Of a DNA stretch of 64,000 nucleotides, positions 10,811 to 20,196 are shown one piece after another. The stretch is from an uncultured Nitrososphaerota archaeon. Its GTDB lineage: Archaea > Thermoproteota > EX4484-205 > JAAOZO01. The notes under the pieces were generated by a model. That model did no database searches and was not told the origin of the DNA. It was given only the letters and a program-made list of their open reading frames with translations. The stretch lies in NCBI GenBank assembly GCA_964408285.1, contig CAYOYV010000001.1, positions 160,001 through 224,000 on the forward strand. The letters run 5' to 3'. How positions within the stretch are numbered: position 1 is the stretch's first letter; each line of letters opens with the position of its first letter. The translations under genes and the position numbers were made by a program.

Positions 10811-13207
10811 ATGGGTCAGAAAGAAGATGCGCTAGTGCTTTGGTTCAATGACATAGGAATGGAGGACGTCCCGGTCGTTGGGGGGAAATCGGCCAGCCTT
10901 GGTGAAATGATAAGAAGAACGAATGTGCCAGTGCCGTCAGGATTCGCTACGACGGCCAAGGCATACAGGCTCTTCGTGCAAGAAAACAATCTTAGGGAGA
11001 AAATGGAAGCAATACTGTCTGAGCTGAGGGATCCAAACGACACGGCCAAGCTTGCCGAGATTGGAAAAAAGGTCCGTGAGCTTATCGTTCAGTCAAGAAT
11101 GCCTAAGGAATTGGAGGAACAGATTGGTAGGTTCTACAGAAAGTTATCAGAGGCGGCAGGGGGTAAGGACCCATTTGTAGCCGTAAGATCATCGGCGACC
11201 GCCGAGGACCTTCCAGACGCAAGTTTCGCAGGCCAGCAAGATACTTACCTGAATGTTCAGGGCCCAGAACAGGTGGCCATGAGCATCAGGAAATGCTATG
11301 CTAGTCTATTCACCGATAGAGCGATATTCTACAGGATACAGAAGGGCTTTGACCATCTTTCTATCGCTCTTTCTGCGGCAGTCCAATATATGGTGTTCTC
11401 CAGGGCATCAGGCGTTACATTCACCTTGGACGTGTCCAACGGCGACAGAACACTTGTCCTGATAGAAGGAAGCTACGGACTCGGGGAGTACATAGTTCAG
11501 GGAAAGATCACTCCCGACGAATTCTATGTCCGGAAAAGCGATCTGCAAATCGTGAAGAGAAGTATCAATCCAAAGAAAATCATGCTAGTCAGATCTGAAA
11601 GCGGCGGAACCGTTGAGAGGGAAGTCCCGACTGCGATTAGGGACCAGCCTGTTCTCACGGATGATCAAGTGAAGCTCTTGGCCAAATACTCAATAGCCAT
11701 CGAGGATCACTACAGAAAGCCCATGGACATAGAGTGGGCTCTTGACGAAAGGGACGGCAAACTGTACATCGTTCAAGCGAGACCTGAAACGGTCTGGTCG
11801 CTCAAGGCAGAGGAAAAGCCAGTTGAGGGAGCGATCGAAGTCACAACGGCGAAAGAGGTGCTTGTACAAGGGCTTCCAGCATCACCGGGCCTTGCAGTGG
11901 GCAAAGCCCACATCATAGTTGATGTCGAGAAGCTTGAGGAGTTCCAGAAGGGAGAGATATTGGTGACAGAGATGACGGCCCCCGAGTGGGTTCCTGCGAT
12001 GAGAAAGGCAGCGGCGATAGTCACGAACAGTGGTGGCATGACTTCACATGCAGCAATAGTGAGCAGGGAGCTTGGAATACCCTGCATAGTTGGCACTGCG
12101 AGCAGGGGAAAGCCAGCAACAGAGGCGTTGCCTGATGGTGGACTCATAACAGTTGATTCGAAACTTGGCGTCGTCTACAGAGGTGCACTCGAGGAAGCGA
12201 TGGCAAAGAAGGAAGAGAAGAAGGGAGAAGGAGTTCAGGCTGTTGCAGAGTCCTATCCTGTAACCGGCACCAAGGTCTATGTGAATCTCGGTGAGCCCGA
12301 ATTGGCTGAGAAAGTGTCGGCATTGCCAGTCGATGGCGTGGGTCTCATGAGGGAGGAATTCATCTGGGCAGCGGAGATAGGTGAGCATCCCTTGTATCTG
12401 ATCGAGACAGGGCAGGCCCAGAAAGTGATCGATAAGCTCGCGGAAGGGATCAGAAGAGTGTGTGCAGCATTCTATCCGCGCCCCGTTGTGCTAAGGCTGA
12501 CAGACTTCAAATCGAGCGAGTACAGGGACTTGAAGGGAGGCGACAAGTATGAGCCAGTCGAACCGAGCGCACTTCTGGGTTGGAGAGGTGCATCGCGCTA
12601 CTACGATCCAAAGTACGTGGCAGGATTCACGCTGGAGCTGAAAGCCATTAGAAAGGTTAGAGACGAGTTCGCGCTGAGGAACTTGTGGGTGATGATACCT
12701 TTCTGCAGGACCATTGGCGAGATTGAGAAGGTGACGTCCATCATGAAGGAAGAAGGTCTCGAGAGAGGTCCTGACTTCAAGCTGTGGGTGATGGCTGAGA
12801 TACCCAGCAATGTCATAATAGCCGATAAGTTCAACGAGTACATAGATGGTTACTCAATTGGTTCGAACGACCTGACGATGTTGATCCTTGGGGCAGATCG
12901 GGACAACGAAACAATAGCGAAGGTCTTCGATGAAAGGGACCTGGCCGTGAAGAGGGCCATAAGATATCTCATAAAGATAGCACAGAAGGAAGGAAAGACC
13001 GTGTCAATATGTGGCCAAGCTCCCAGTGTCTATCCAGAATTCACAGAATTCCTCGTGAGGGTGGGAATTAATTCAATCTCAATCAATCCAGATGCGGCCG
13101 TGTTTACTAGGAAGCTAGTCGCAAGCACCGAGCAAAGGGTAATGCTAGAAAAGGCACTTGGGATGGTGCAGGTCGATTCGGATTGGGAACTGCCAGATCC
13201 GGAATAG
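10811..13207 (+). CDS. ppsA: Phosphoenolpyruvate synthase
   Basis: VGGKSASLGE, SATAEDLPDASFAGQQ, TSHAAIVSRELG phospho-His motif, SIGSNDLT. Confidence 0.96.
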   Translation: MGQKEDALVLWFNDIGMEDVPVVGGKSASLGEMIRRTNVPVPSGFATTAKAYRLFVQENNLREKMEAILSELRDPNDTAKLAEIGKKVRELIVQSRMPKELEEQIGRFYRKLSEAAGGKDPFVAVRSSATAEDLPDASFAGQQDTYLNVQGPEQVAMSIRKCYASLFTDRAIFYRIQKGFDHLSIALSAAVQYMVFSRASGVTFTLDVSNGDRTLVLIEGSYGLGEYIVQGKITPDEFYVRKSDLQIVKRSINPKKIMLVRSESGGTVEREVPTAIRDQPVLTDDQVKLLAKYSIAIEDHYRKPMDIEWALDERDGKLYIVQARPETVWSLKAEEKPVEGAIEVTTAKEVLVQGLPASPGLAVGKAHIIVDVEKLEEFQKGEILVTEMTAPEWVPAMRKAAAIVTNSGGMTSHAAIVSRELGIPCIVGTASRGKPATEALPDGGLITVDSKLGVVYRGALEEAMAKKEEKKGEGVQAVAESYPVTGTKVYVNLGEPELAEKVSALPVDGVGLMREEFIWAAEIGEHPLYLIETGQAQKVIDKLAEGIRRVCAAFYPRPVVLRLTDFKSSEYRDLKGGDKYEPVEPSALLGWRGASRYYDPKYVAGFTLELKAIRKVRDEFALRNLWVMIPFCRTIGEIEKVTSIMKEEGLERGPDFKLWVMAEIPSNVIIADKFNEYIDGYSIGSNDLTMLILGADRDNETIAKVFDERDLAVKRAIRYLIKIAQKEGKTVSICGQAPSVYPEFTEFLVRVGINSISINPDAAVFTRKLVASTEQRVMLEKALGMVQVDSDWELPDPE

Positions 13208-13374
13208 GCCAAAGGAAAGCTGACAACAAACATATCCCCCCAAATGCGATAGAGCCGTCATCTTACCTTCCCGGATAAGACTTCATGAGTATCAGCATCC
13301 CTAGGCCAACTGGGCAGCATTCCAGATGTCTGCCCCTTCCAGGCATTAGGGCTAGAAAGGACGGGAGTGCGCTC

Positions 13375-13758
13375 TCATAGGTATGTTTTGTCCGTATAGC
13401 AATAGTATCTCTGGTATTGCGGTATCCACGTTCCCGGTTTTCCGCACTTTGGACAGACCGGGGCAGCGGCCGCTTGCTGCGTGACTGGGGTTGGCGTTGT
13501 TGCAGCTGACGTGGCGGTCACGACCTTGACCTCAGGCATCTCAACAGCTTTCGACAGTATGACGATATCTCCCACTGCTCCAACTTCGCTCCATGCAACC
13601 TCTAGGGTTGTGCCTGCGATCGTCTTCACGAGTAGGTTTATTGCACTCTCGCCCGGAATCAACCCGATGTCAGACACCGTGCCGACTTGTTTACCATTGG
13701 GATTGTACACGGGCTTGCCAATGATCTTACTTTGCGCTATGCTCTTCTCTCCTGACAT
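13375..13758 (-). CDS. PRC-barrel protein with Thr/Ala-rich linker and C-terminal zinc ribbon
   Basis: IIGKPVYNPNGKQVGTVSDI...VGAVGDIVIL; CPKCG...YYCYTD; TATA about 25 nt upstream of ATG 13758. Confidence 0.85.
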   Translation of the reverse strand: MSGEKSIAQSKIIGKPVYNPNGKQVGTVSDIGLIPGESAINLLVKTIAGTTLEVAWSEVGAVGDIVILSKAVEMPEVKVVTATSAATTPTPVTQQAAAAPVCPKCGKPGTWIPQYQRYYCYTDKTYL

Positions 13759-13911
13759 GTTCTGCAGGCCCGTCATATACATTTAAGACTTTTCACGGTT
13801 TCCAAGTGTCATTTAATCCAGAAAATAATAGCTGTCTTGGTTTGATTTCGTGTCAATCGGCATTTTGCAGCCCAGGGATGAGCGATGCGCTATCCCCTCT
13901 GATAGAGCACA

Positions 13912-15129
13912 TCAAGAATTGGTGCGTGATCCGGAAACGGATTCGTCGAGAAGCCTGATGAACGCTTCTTCCGATCCTCTTGGGATAACGCCTGAGGCTG
14001 CATAAGCATGCCCGTCCGCGAATCCTCCAACTTCTTCCGCTGCCATCATCATGATGTTGGATATTTCTTGTCTCTCTCCGCGGTTGATCAAAGCTTCCAG
14101 ACTTGGAGGGACTCTTCCTGACACCTTGGTCCAGGTTCCCTTGAGCATGCCAAGTCCAGGCACGGTTGGCTCTAGCTCCATGAAACCAAGCAGGTACTTC
14201 CATGGATTCACGACCTTGCTGTACTTCAGAATCGAGAGGAATGTGCCTATCACTTTGCTTCCCATCCCTTTGAAGGATGAACCTACCTCAACCCATTGCA
14301 GGTTTCCTGATTTCATCAGTCCCTTTTTCCTAATTGTGCTAAGCATACTATCGAACGCCGCCTTGCGCTGTAATTCCATTTTCTGCGCCAGTTGAACTGT
14401 GGCCTCCGAAAGACCCGTGAGAAGAGAGGAAGTTGCAAGTAAGGGGCCATCTCTGTAATAACCAACGGATCCCAACGCTGTCAGGATCGAGGATGCCTTG
14501 TGTCTGTTTATCCAAGACTCTCCTAGCCTTATCTGGATCGACTTCCCCCTTCCGCTCTTGCTCAGCTTGGCGAGATCGTGCTTGATGGCCTCCTTGAAGA
14601 CTTCGAGGTTGATTCCGACCAGATCGCCCGGTAATTCCGCCGATCCAATTAATGCGATTGCAGAGAATCTCTGTGCAGAAGCCTCTATTTGCCTCGAGAT
14701 GACATAGGCCATTGTCGAGCCGGACGCTTCTGATTCGCCGCTGAGACCATATAGCTCAGGATTGAAGTTCATTATGGAAGTGTCTTCCGTTTCTTCAGAA
14801 TCGTGGTGATCTATGACCAAAACAGGCTTCTTTTTTGGATTCGCCTCAGATATCCTGTTCACGTGGGGACTTCCGAGATCAACATATGAGACCAGATCAT
14901 TTTCCCCTGAGTGTATCTCGCGGAGTACTTCCGGAAACAGCTTCTCGAGGCAGACTAGGCGCGGCTGGCAACCAATCTTTTCGAGTGTTGTGCCTAGTAT
15001 GGCAGCCCCACAGAGTCCGTCAGCATCACCATGATGAACAATGAGAGATCTGGAAGGGCTGAGGTTTCTTATTCTAATCGCGAACTGCTTCGCGCTCTCT
15101 TTCAGCCTGCCAGGAGCCACAGCACGCAA
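13912..15129 (-). CDS. DHH-family phosphoesterase (RecJ/GAN-like)
   Basis: HHGDADG, VDLGS, IDHH motifs and C-terminal DHHA1 GGFADGHAYAA. Confidence 0.88.
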   Translation of the reverse strand: MRAVAPGRLKESAKQFAIRIRNLSPSRSLIVHHGDADGLCGAAILGTTLEKIGCQPRLVCLEKLFPEVLREIHSGENDLVSYVDLGSPHVNRISEANPKKKPVLVIDHHDSEETEDTSIMNFNPELYGLSGESEASGSTMAYVISRQIEASAQRFSAIALIGSAELPGDLVGINLEVFKEAIKHDLAKLSKSGRGKSIQIRLGESWINRHKASSILTALGSVGYYRDGPLLATSSLLTGLSEATVQLAQKMELQRKAAFDSMLSTIRKKGLMKSGNLQWVEVGSSFKGMGSKVIGTFLSILKYSKVVNPWKYLLGFMELEPTVPGLGMLKGTWTKVSGRVPPSLEALINRGERQEISNIMMMAAEEVGGFADGHAYAASGVIPRGSEEAFIRLLDESVSGSRTNS

Positions 15130-15200
15130 GATAAAATCGTCAGATGTGATCTCGGGTTTTAAGATTTGAGGGCGGAGACAGGAGGCTGATTACGGGCCTA

Positions 15201-15707
15201 TCAGCCCTTCGCAACCATCTCCTGCTCATACTGCTCCCACATTCTGAGTATCAACTGCCAGTCAACCCTTGGGGCATTTCCGACGCCAGGACAATTCCCA
15301 TGATACGACATATAGTAGCCTGCGCCATTTCTTTCAGATCTCACCTTCACGGCATCCGGGATGGGCCCGACAGCTCTTTCTATCACTCCAGACGGAACTG
15401 GGAAGAATGGATACATCTTGCATAGCAGAGGCTTTGAATCATGTATTGAACAGGAACGACCCTCCAGGAAAAGGCATTCGCTCTTTCCGTTTTCCTTTGT
15501 GATGAGCGATGATCGGCTTCCTTCCAGCGTCATTGATTTTGTCATCAAGAAGCCAGTTGGATGTGCGCCGGATGTGTGGGATTCCATCCGTTTGATGTCG
15601 TCATGCGTGAACAGGACCTCATATTGGCAACAGCGGCCGCACCTTCTGCATTCGAATCCTGATCTCTCAGATGCAAGAGACAACTCGGAAGCCGATGTGA
15701 CAGGCAT
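15201..15707 (-). CDS. YkgJ-family cysteine cluster protein
   Basis: FECRRCGRCC...CLFL...CSIHDSKPLLCKMYPF...CPG. Confidence 0.88.
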   Translation of the reverse strand: MPVTSASELSLASERSGFECRRCGRCCQYEVLFTHDDIKRMESHTSGAHPTGFLMTKSMTLEGSRSSLITKENGKSECLFLEGRSCSIHDSKPLLCKMYPFFPVPSGVIERAVGPIPDAVKVRSERNGAGYYMSYHGNCPGVGNAPRVDWQLILRMWEQYEQEMVAKG

Positions 15708-15720
15708 TCACTGGATGACC

Positions 15721-15864
15721 TCAAATCTCGATTTCAAAGTGCTTCTTACAATTCTTGCATGCGATTATGTATTTCACGGTTCCGTCCGGGTATTCCTCAG
15801 TCTTCTCGATAAAGACCTCGTGAGTTCGACCAGCTTCGCATTTTTGCGATGAGACCTCAGTCAT
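15721..15864 (-). CDS. 47-aa putative zinc-binding microprotein (not in ORF track)
   Basis: MTEVSSQKCEAGRTHEVFIEKTEEYPDGTVKYIIACKNCKKHFEIEI; fills the gap between co-oriented genes. Confidence 0.65.
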   Translation of the reverse strand: MTEVSSQKCEAGRTHEVFIEKTEEYPDGTVKYIIACKNCKKHFEIEI

Positions 15865-15900
15865 CTTGGAATTCAGACTAGGCTGCATTACACTCGACCT

Positions 15901-16956
15901 CTAGTAACTCACCTTCTCCCACTTGCCACTCTTCATTGATGAATAGCCCGCATCGAGAATTGCATTCACTACGTAGCCATCTTCTATGTTCTCCTTTGGC
16001 ATCTCACCCTTTGCGAAGCATTCAAGAAAGTGCCTCAATTCAAAGAGGTATCCGAGGGTTTCATGCTCTCTCCATGTGGGAAACATCCATCCTCTCTTTG
16101 CCTCGGCCTTCTCAACGATATATCCCATCTTGTCCTCCGAAGCAACCGTGAACATTCTCACACCACTTTCTCTCGTCACATCAACAAAGATCGCACCTTC
16201 AGTACCATAGACTTCGAATCTTATGTCCAGTCCCCCGTGTGCAGTCCAGCTGTTTTCAGAATGGCCAACTCGCCCCAATTCATATCTGACTATTATCAGG
16301 CTGCTATCTTCAGCCTTTGTCTGATGGTAGAGTGTAGCACCCCAACAGAAGACTTCGATCGGCTTCCTTTCTATAACCTTCCTCGCGACCTCTACGCTAT
16401 GGCAACCCATGTCCATTAGCACTCCTCCGCCAGACAACTCAGGGTCCCAAAACCAAGCTGAATGAGGGCCGAAGTGAGCCTCCCTGCTTCTGACCCACAG
16501 GATCTCCCCAATCGCTCCCCTTTTTATGAATTCCATAGCCCTCTCGGCATGTGGGGTAAAAAGCTGATCTTCTGCATAGCCATGAAGGACTCCATGCTTT
16601 TCAACTGAATTGAGCATCTCTTTCGCTTCTTTCATGTTTCTTGCTAGGGGTTTCTCAACTATCACATTCTTGCCGTTCTCCGCACCTATCGCTACGGCGT
16701 CCTTGTGAAGATAGTTAGGGAGGATGATGTCAATTGCTTCGACGTCAGGATCTGACGCTATTCTCTGAATGGCATCGTCTCCGAAGTAAGTCCTTTTTAT
16801 CCCGAATCTTTTTGCGAATCTCTCTGCATGGAGTTGAGTCTTGGAACCGACTGCCACGAGTTCGGCGCCAGCTATCTCCTTCAAGGCCATGGCATGGAAA
16901 TTGGCGGCGAAACCTGAACCGAGGATTCCGACTCCAATGGTCCTCATTTTCGGCAA
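15901..16956 (-). CDS. Gfo/Idh/MocA family oxidoreductase
   Basis: ILGSGFAANFH, IVEKPLA, GGGVLMDMGCH. Confidence 0.92.
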   Translation of the reverse strand: MPKMRTIGVGILGSGFAANFHAMALKEIAGAELVAVGSKTQLHAERFAKRFGIKRTYFGDDAIQRIASDPDVEAIDIILPNYLHKDAVAIGAENGKNVIVEKPLARNMKEAKEMLNSVEKHGVLHGYAEDQLFTPHAERAMEFIKRGAIGEILWVRSREAHFGPHSAWFWDPELSGGGVLMDMGCHSVEVARKVIERKPIEVFCWGATLYHQTKAEDSSLIIVRYELGRVGHSENSWTAHGGLDIRFEVYGTEGAIFVDVTRESGVRMFTVASEDKMGYIVEKAEAKRGWMFPTWREHETLGYLFELRHFLECFAKGEMPKENIEDGYVVNAILDAGYSSMKSGKWEKVSY

Positions 16957-17056
16957 GTCGAATTATGATTGATGAGGCATTTAACGCTTTCATTCGAAAC
17001 TTGTTGTCGTGCGCGTCGATGGGACGATTCGCAATCTTTCTCCCGAGTACTCATAT

Positions 17057-17770
17057 CTAAGATTGCCCTGACCGAGTGTTGGGCTTGCCCCCTAGAAGCC
17101 TTTCTGCTTCACGGAGATCCTTCACAGTGTCTATAGGAATCCACATTTCTCGGGTCATGTAGACGGATATCTCCCCTGATAGCTTGGGGAAAACCTCAGT
17201 CTCAAGGTCTCCCACTTCGGGAAGGTATTCACTTATTTTTCTTGAGAATATGTATATCCCTCCATTGATCCAGTTGGGCAATTCGGGTTTTTCGATGAAG
17301 CTTTCCAGAAGGCCATTGAAAACCGTCACTATGCCGTAGGGCAATCTCAGCGGCGTCGCAATGATGCTGGCAATCTTGCCCATTGTCAAGTAGTAGCTTC
17401 GGAACTTGCTGAGGTCGACTTTCGAAATTATGTCACCATTCAACACAAAGAAATCCTTGCCTGATGTCCTAGGAAGTGCCAAACGCAGGGCCCCCGCGGT
17501 ACCCAATCTGGCCTTTTCGATGCTCAGCTCCGTGCTCAATCCCAGATTCGTATCCGATAGATAGTACTTTATTCTCTCACTCAGGTGTCCGCAAGCGACC
17601 ACAACTCTTTTGACGCCATGTAATCTGAGCCAGTCAATCTGCCATTGGAGTATAGGTTTGCCCGCAATATCAATGAGGATTTTCGGGGTGGTTAATGTCA
17701 TCGGCCTCAGTCTCTCGCCCAAGCCGCCACCCAGTATGATTGCCTCATCAATCTCTCTCAATCTCGGCAC
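17057..17770 (-). CDS. Sugar-phosphate nucleotidyltransferase
   Basis: ILGGGLGERLRPMT..PK, LGTAGAL, VLNGD, FIEKP. Confidence 0.9.
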   Translation of the reverse strand: MPRLREIDEAIILGGGLGERLRPMTLTTPKILIDIAGKPILQWQIDWLRLHGVKRVVVACGHLSERIKYYLSDTNLGLSTELSIEKARLGTAGALRLALPRTSGKDFFVLNGDIISKVDLSKFRSYYLTMGKIASIIATPLRLPYGIVTVFNGLLESFIEKPELPNWINGGIYIFSRKISEYLPEVGDLETEVFPKLSGEISVYMTREMWIPIDTVKDLREAERLLGGKPNTRSGQS

Positions 17771-17838
17771 CAGGCATCAGTGTTCTGTTTGAGGGTATAT
17801 AGTCATTCCCTCTGGGGAGGCGTGCGTCTATCCTCTAC

Positions 17839-18855
17839 CTATTGAAACCTATGCCCACATTTCAAACAGAACTTGGAATCTCCGGGAACATCACTATTGC
17901 ACTCAGGACATCTCTTCGTTCGTTCCGAAGTTTGTTCTTTGCCCGTACTTGGGAGCTGGGATCCGCAGAACATACAGAATTTCGAATCAGGAGGATTGAT
18001 CCTATTGCACTTCGGACAGACTATCTGACCGGATGAGATTCCCGTGTCTGGAGGTGGCGGAGGAGCAGCGGGAGGAGTCATGACTTGCGGTATCAGGACC
18101 ATGCCGGTTCCAAGTGCAGCGCCTGGAGACTTGCCGAGTTCTTTTGCTACTTCCTTTGCAGTATCCATCCTCAGGACCTCGCCTGCAGCTTGGGACTTGG
18201 CCATCTGTTTTATGAAGAACAACCTGTCTCTGTACGCCGGTTCAGTGTCAATGCCCTCGAACTTCAGATCGACTAGTCTGAGTCCGAGTCTTTCTAGTTG
18301 GGTAGCAACAGTTGCTCTGACCTCCAGCGATGTGTCGTCAAGCTTGGTGAAGACTCCTTCAAGGTCATATTTCGAGATTGAGTCTATGGATTTCTCGTTG
18401 ATATATCCTCTCACGAAGTCTGCCACTGATGCCGTGCTGAACGACACGCCGCTTCCTGACAGTTGTGTGATGAAAAGTATCGGATCCGAGACCTTGAACC
18501 AGTAAGACCCATGGGCCATCAGAGGTGCAAGGTCAGTCGTCTGGGCTCTGAAGCCGAATTTGCCCACAAGCTCCTTTGTCGAGACAAATATGACGTTTGC
18601 TTTGAACGGCATTCTATCATAACCGACTATCTTCACCAGAATTCCAGTGATGAGGGGCAATACCATGGTCGTGAGCACATGCCTTCCAGGGCCAAGAACA
18701 TCGTAAGCCTTGCCATCCCGGAAGAAGACAGCGGATTCGTCCTCATGGACTACGAGAACGGATCCCCACTCTATTTCGTCGGCGGGAAATGGATAGATTA
18801 CGGCTTCGGGCGTTTTGCTCAACCACTCTATGACGATAGGCATTCCATCAGACAC
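17839..18855 (-). CDS. SPFH/band-7 domain protein with double zinc ribbon
   Basis: GSVLVVHEDESAVFFRDGKAYDVLGPGRHVL; Pro-rich linker; two CxxC...CxxC ribbons. Confidence 0.85.
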   Translation of the reverse strand: MSDGMPIVIEWLSKTPEAVIYPFPADEIEWGSVLVVHEDESAVFFRDGKAYDVLGPGRHVLTTMVLPLITGILVKIVGYDRMPFKANVIFVSTKELVGKFGFRAQTTDLAPLMAHGSYWFKVSDPILFITQLSGSGVSFSTASVADFVRGYINEKSIDSISKYDLEGVFTKLDDTSLEVRATVATQLERLGLRLVDLKFEGIDTEPAYRDRLFFIKQMAKSQAAGEVLRMDTAKEVAKELGKSPGAALGTGMVLIPQVMTPPAAPPPPPDTGISSGQIVCPKCNRINPPDSKFCMFCGSQLPSTGKEQTSERTKRCPECNSDVPGDSKFCLKCGHRFQ

Positions 18856-19399
18856 CTCTGAGCAATACTTCCCTAGCTGTCAATTTCTGTTCCATCTGCG
18901 AAAGAAGACCAGAGATCTCATCCAGCGCCTTGGATAAACCATCGAAATCGCCCCTGAGAGCACATTCCAGTATCTCTTTCCCTTTTCTGTCAACTTCCTC
19001 CGCAATCGAAATGAGGACCTGGTCATTATCGATCAACATATCTATGTCCTCCTCCTTCACTTTGACTGCATCGAACAATCCAGAATAACCTAGCGCAGAC
19101 TTCGTTGTTCTGTTATTTATGTAGTTCAGTTGGAACATAATTCTATTGATTACTCTAGATTTGTCTGGTCCGAACTTCTCTATCGCCGACACGAGAGTCC
19201 TGTCCATGTTTTTTGTTGCTGATTCAAGGAAGGTCGCGGCCTTGTTCCTGACAAGCCTGTCGGTCTCTCTCCTTATCTCTTTCTCCTTGTATCCCCCGTA
19301 GCCGGGTATGTACATCAGCAGTTTCTCTACGCCAGAAAGCTCTCTCATCACAACATCCTTTGGGGCGCCTTCAGACATCGGTATCTCTAGTCGATTCAT
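18848..19399 (-). CDS. Conserved helical hypothetical protein
   Basis: IPGYGGYKEKEIRRETDRLVR motif; overlaps the SPFH gene start. Confidence 0.75.
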   Translation of the reverse strand: MNRLEIPMSEGAPKDVVMRELSGVEKLLMYIPGYGGYKEKEIRRETDRLVRNKAATFLESATKNMDRTLVSAIEKFGPDKSRVINRIMFQLNYINNRTTKSALGYSGLFDAVKVKEEDIDMLIDNDQVLISIAEEVDRKGKEILECALRGDFDGLSKALDEISGLLSQMEQKLTAREVLLRGV

Positions 19400-19627
19400 C
19401 GTTCCTTATTTAACTCTTTTAAGGAGTTTGTTGAACAAGGTGGATCCAGGTTAGCAGGAAGCCAGAGCCAGACATCGATCTGGCTTTGTCAGTGCATGAT
19501 CCCAGAATAGAATATTGATTATCCTCAAGAAAGAAAGCCACACATAAGTACAGTGGTAGTCCAGGTAGGGCGGAAATCAAACTCCAGACAAGAAAATTTA
19601 AAAACGTACGAGGCGAAAGACGGGCAA

Positions 19628-20014
19628 ATGGCAAAGACGGCGTTGGGCTTGGAAGAGAACGTGGAGGGGGCGCTGGCCTATCTTCTAGGGTTTTTCACGG
19701 GAATAGCTCTGATTCTAATGGAGAAGGATAACGATTTCGTAAAATTCCATGCATGGCAATCCACTATAACGTACGGTGTGCTGTTCGTTCTCTCAATTGG
19801 TCTGGTGTTCCTAGGTTTCATTCCAGTGATCGGATGGATCGTCTCAATAGTCGGAATTCTCTTGTCCCTCATAATAGCACCGATTGCTCTGATTCTCTGG
19901 CTCGTCTTCATGTTGAAAGCATATCAGGGACAGAAATGGAAGTTCCCCGTGATAGGGAATCTTGCAGAAAAACAGGCAATGGGAGGGGCTGAACTACCAC
20001 CTCCGCCTCCATAG
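19628..20014 (+). CDS. DUF4870-like membrane protein
   Basis: GLEENVEGALAYLLG...FVKFHAWQS...KAYQGQKWKFPVIG; several TM helices. Confidence 0.85.
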   Translation: MAKTALGLEENVEGALAYLLGFFTGIALILMEKDNDFVKFHAWQSTITYGVLFVLSIGLVFLGFIPVIGWIVSIVGILLSLIIAPIALILWLVFMLKAYQGQKWKFPVIGNLAEKQAMGGAELPPPPP

Positions 20015-20196
20015 TAGCATCCAGAACTTGTTCGCGGCCGGCCTGGGGTGAAGCAGATTAGGGTCAATCACAGCGCATATGAGGGCAATTCGGCATCTCT
20101 CTATCGCGGCTTTATTGAAACTGAAGTTGGTTCCGCATTCGGAGTGGGGATTGGACCGCGCAACGATTCCGAAGTGAGTCTAGAGATGGAACGCAT

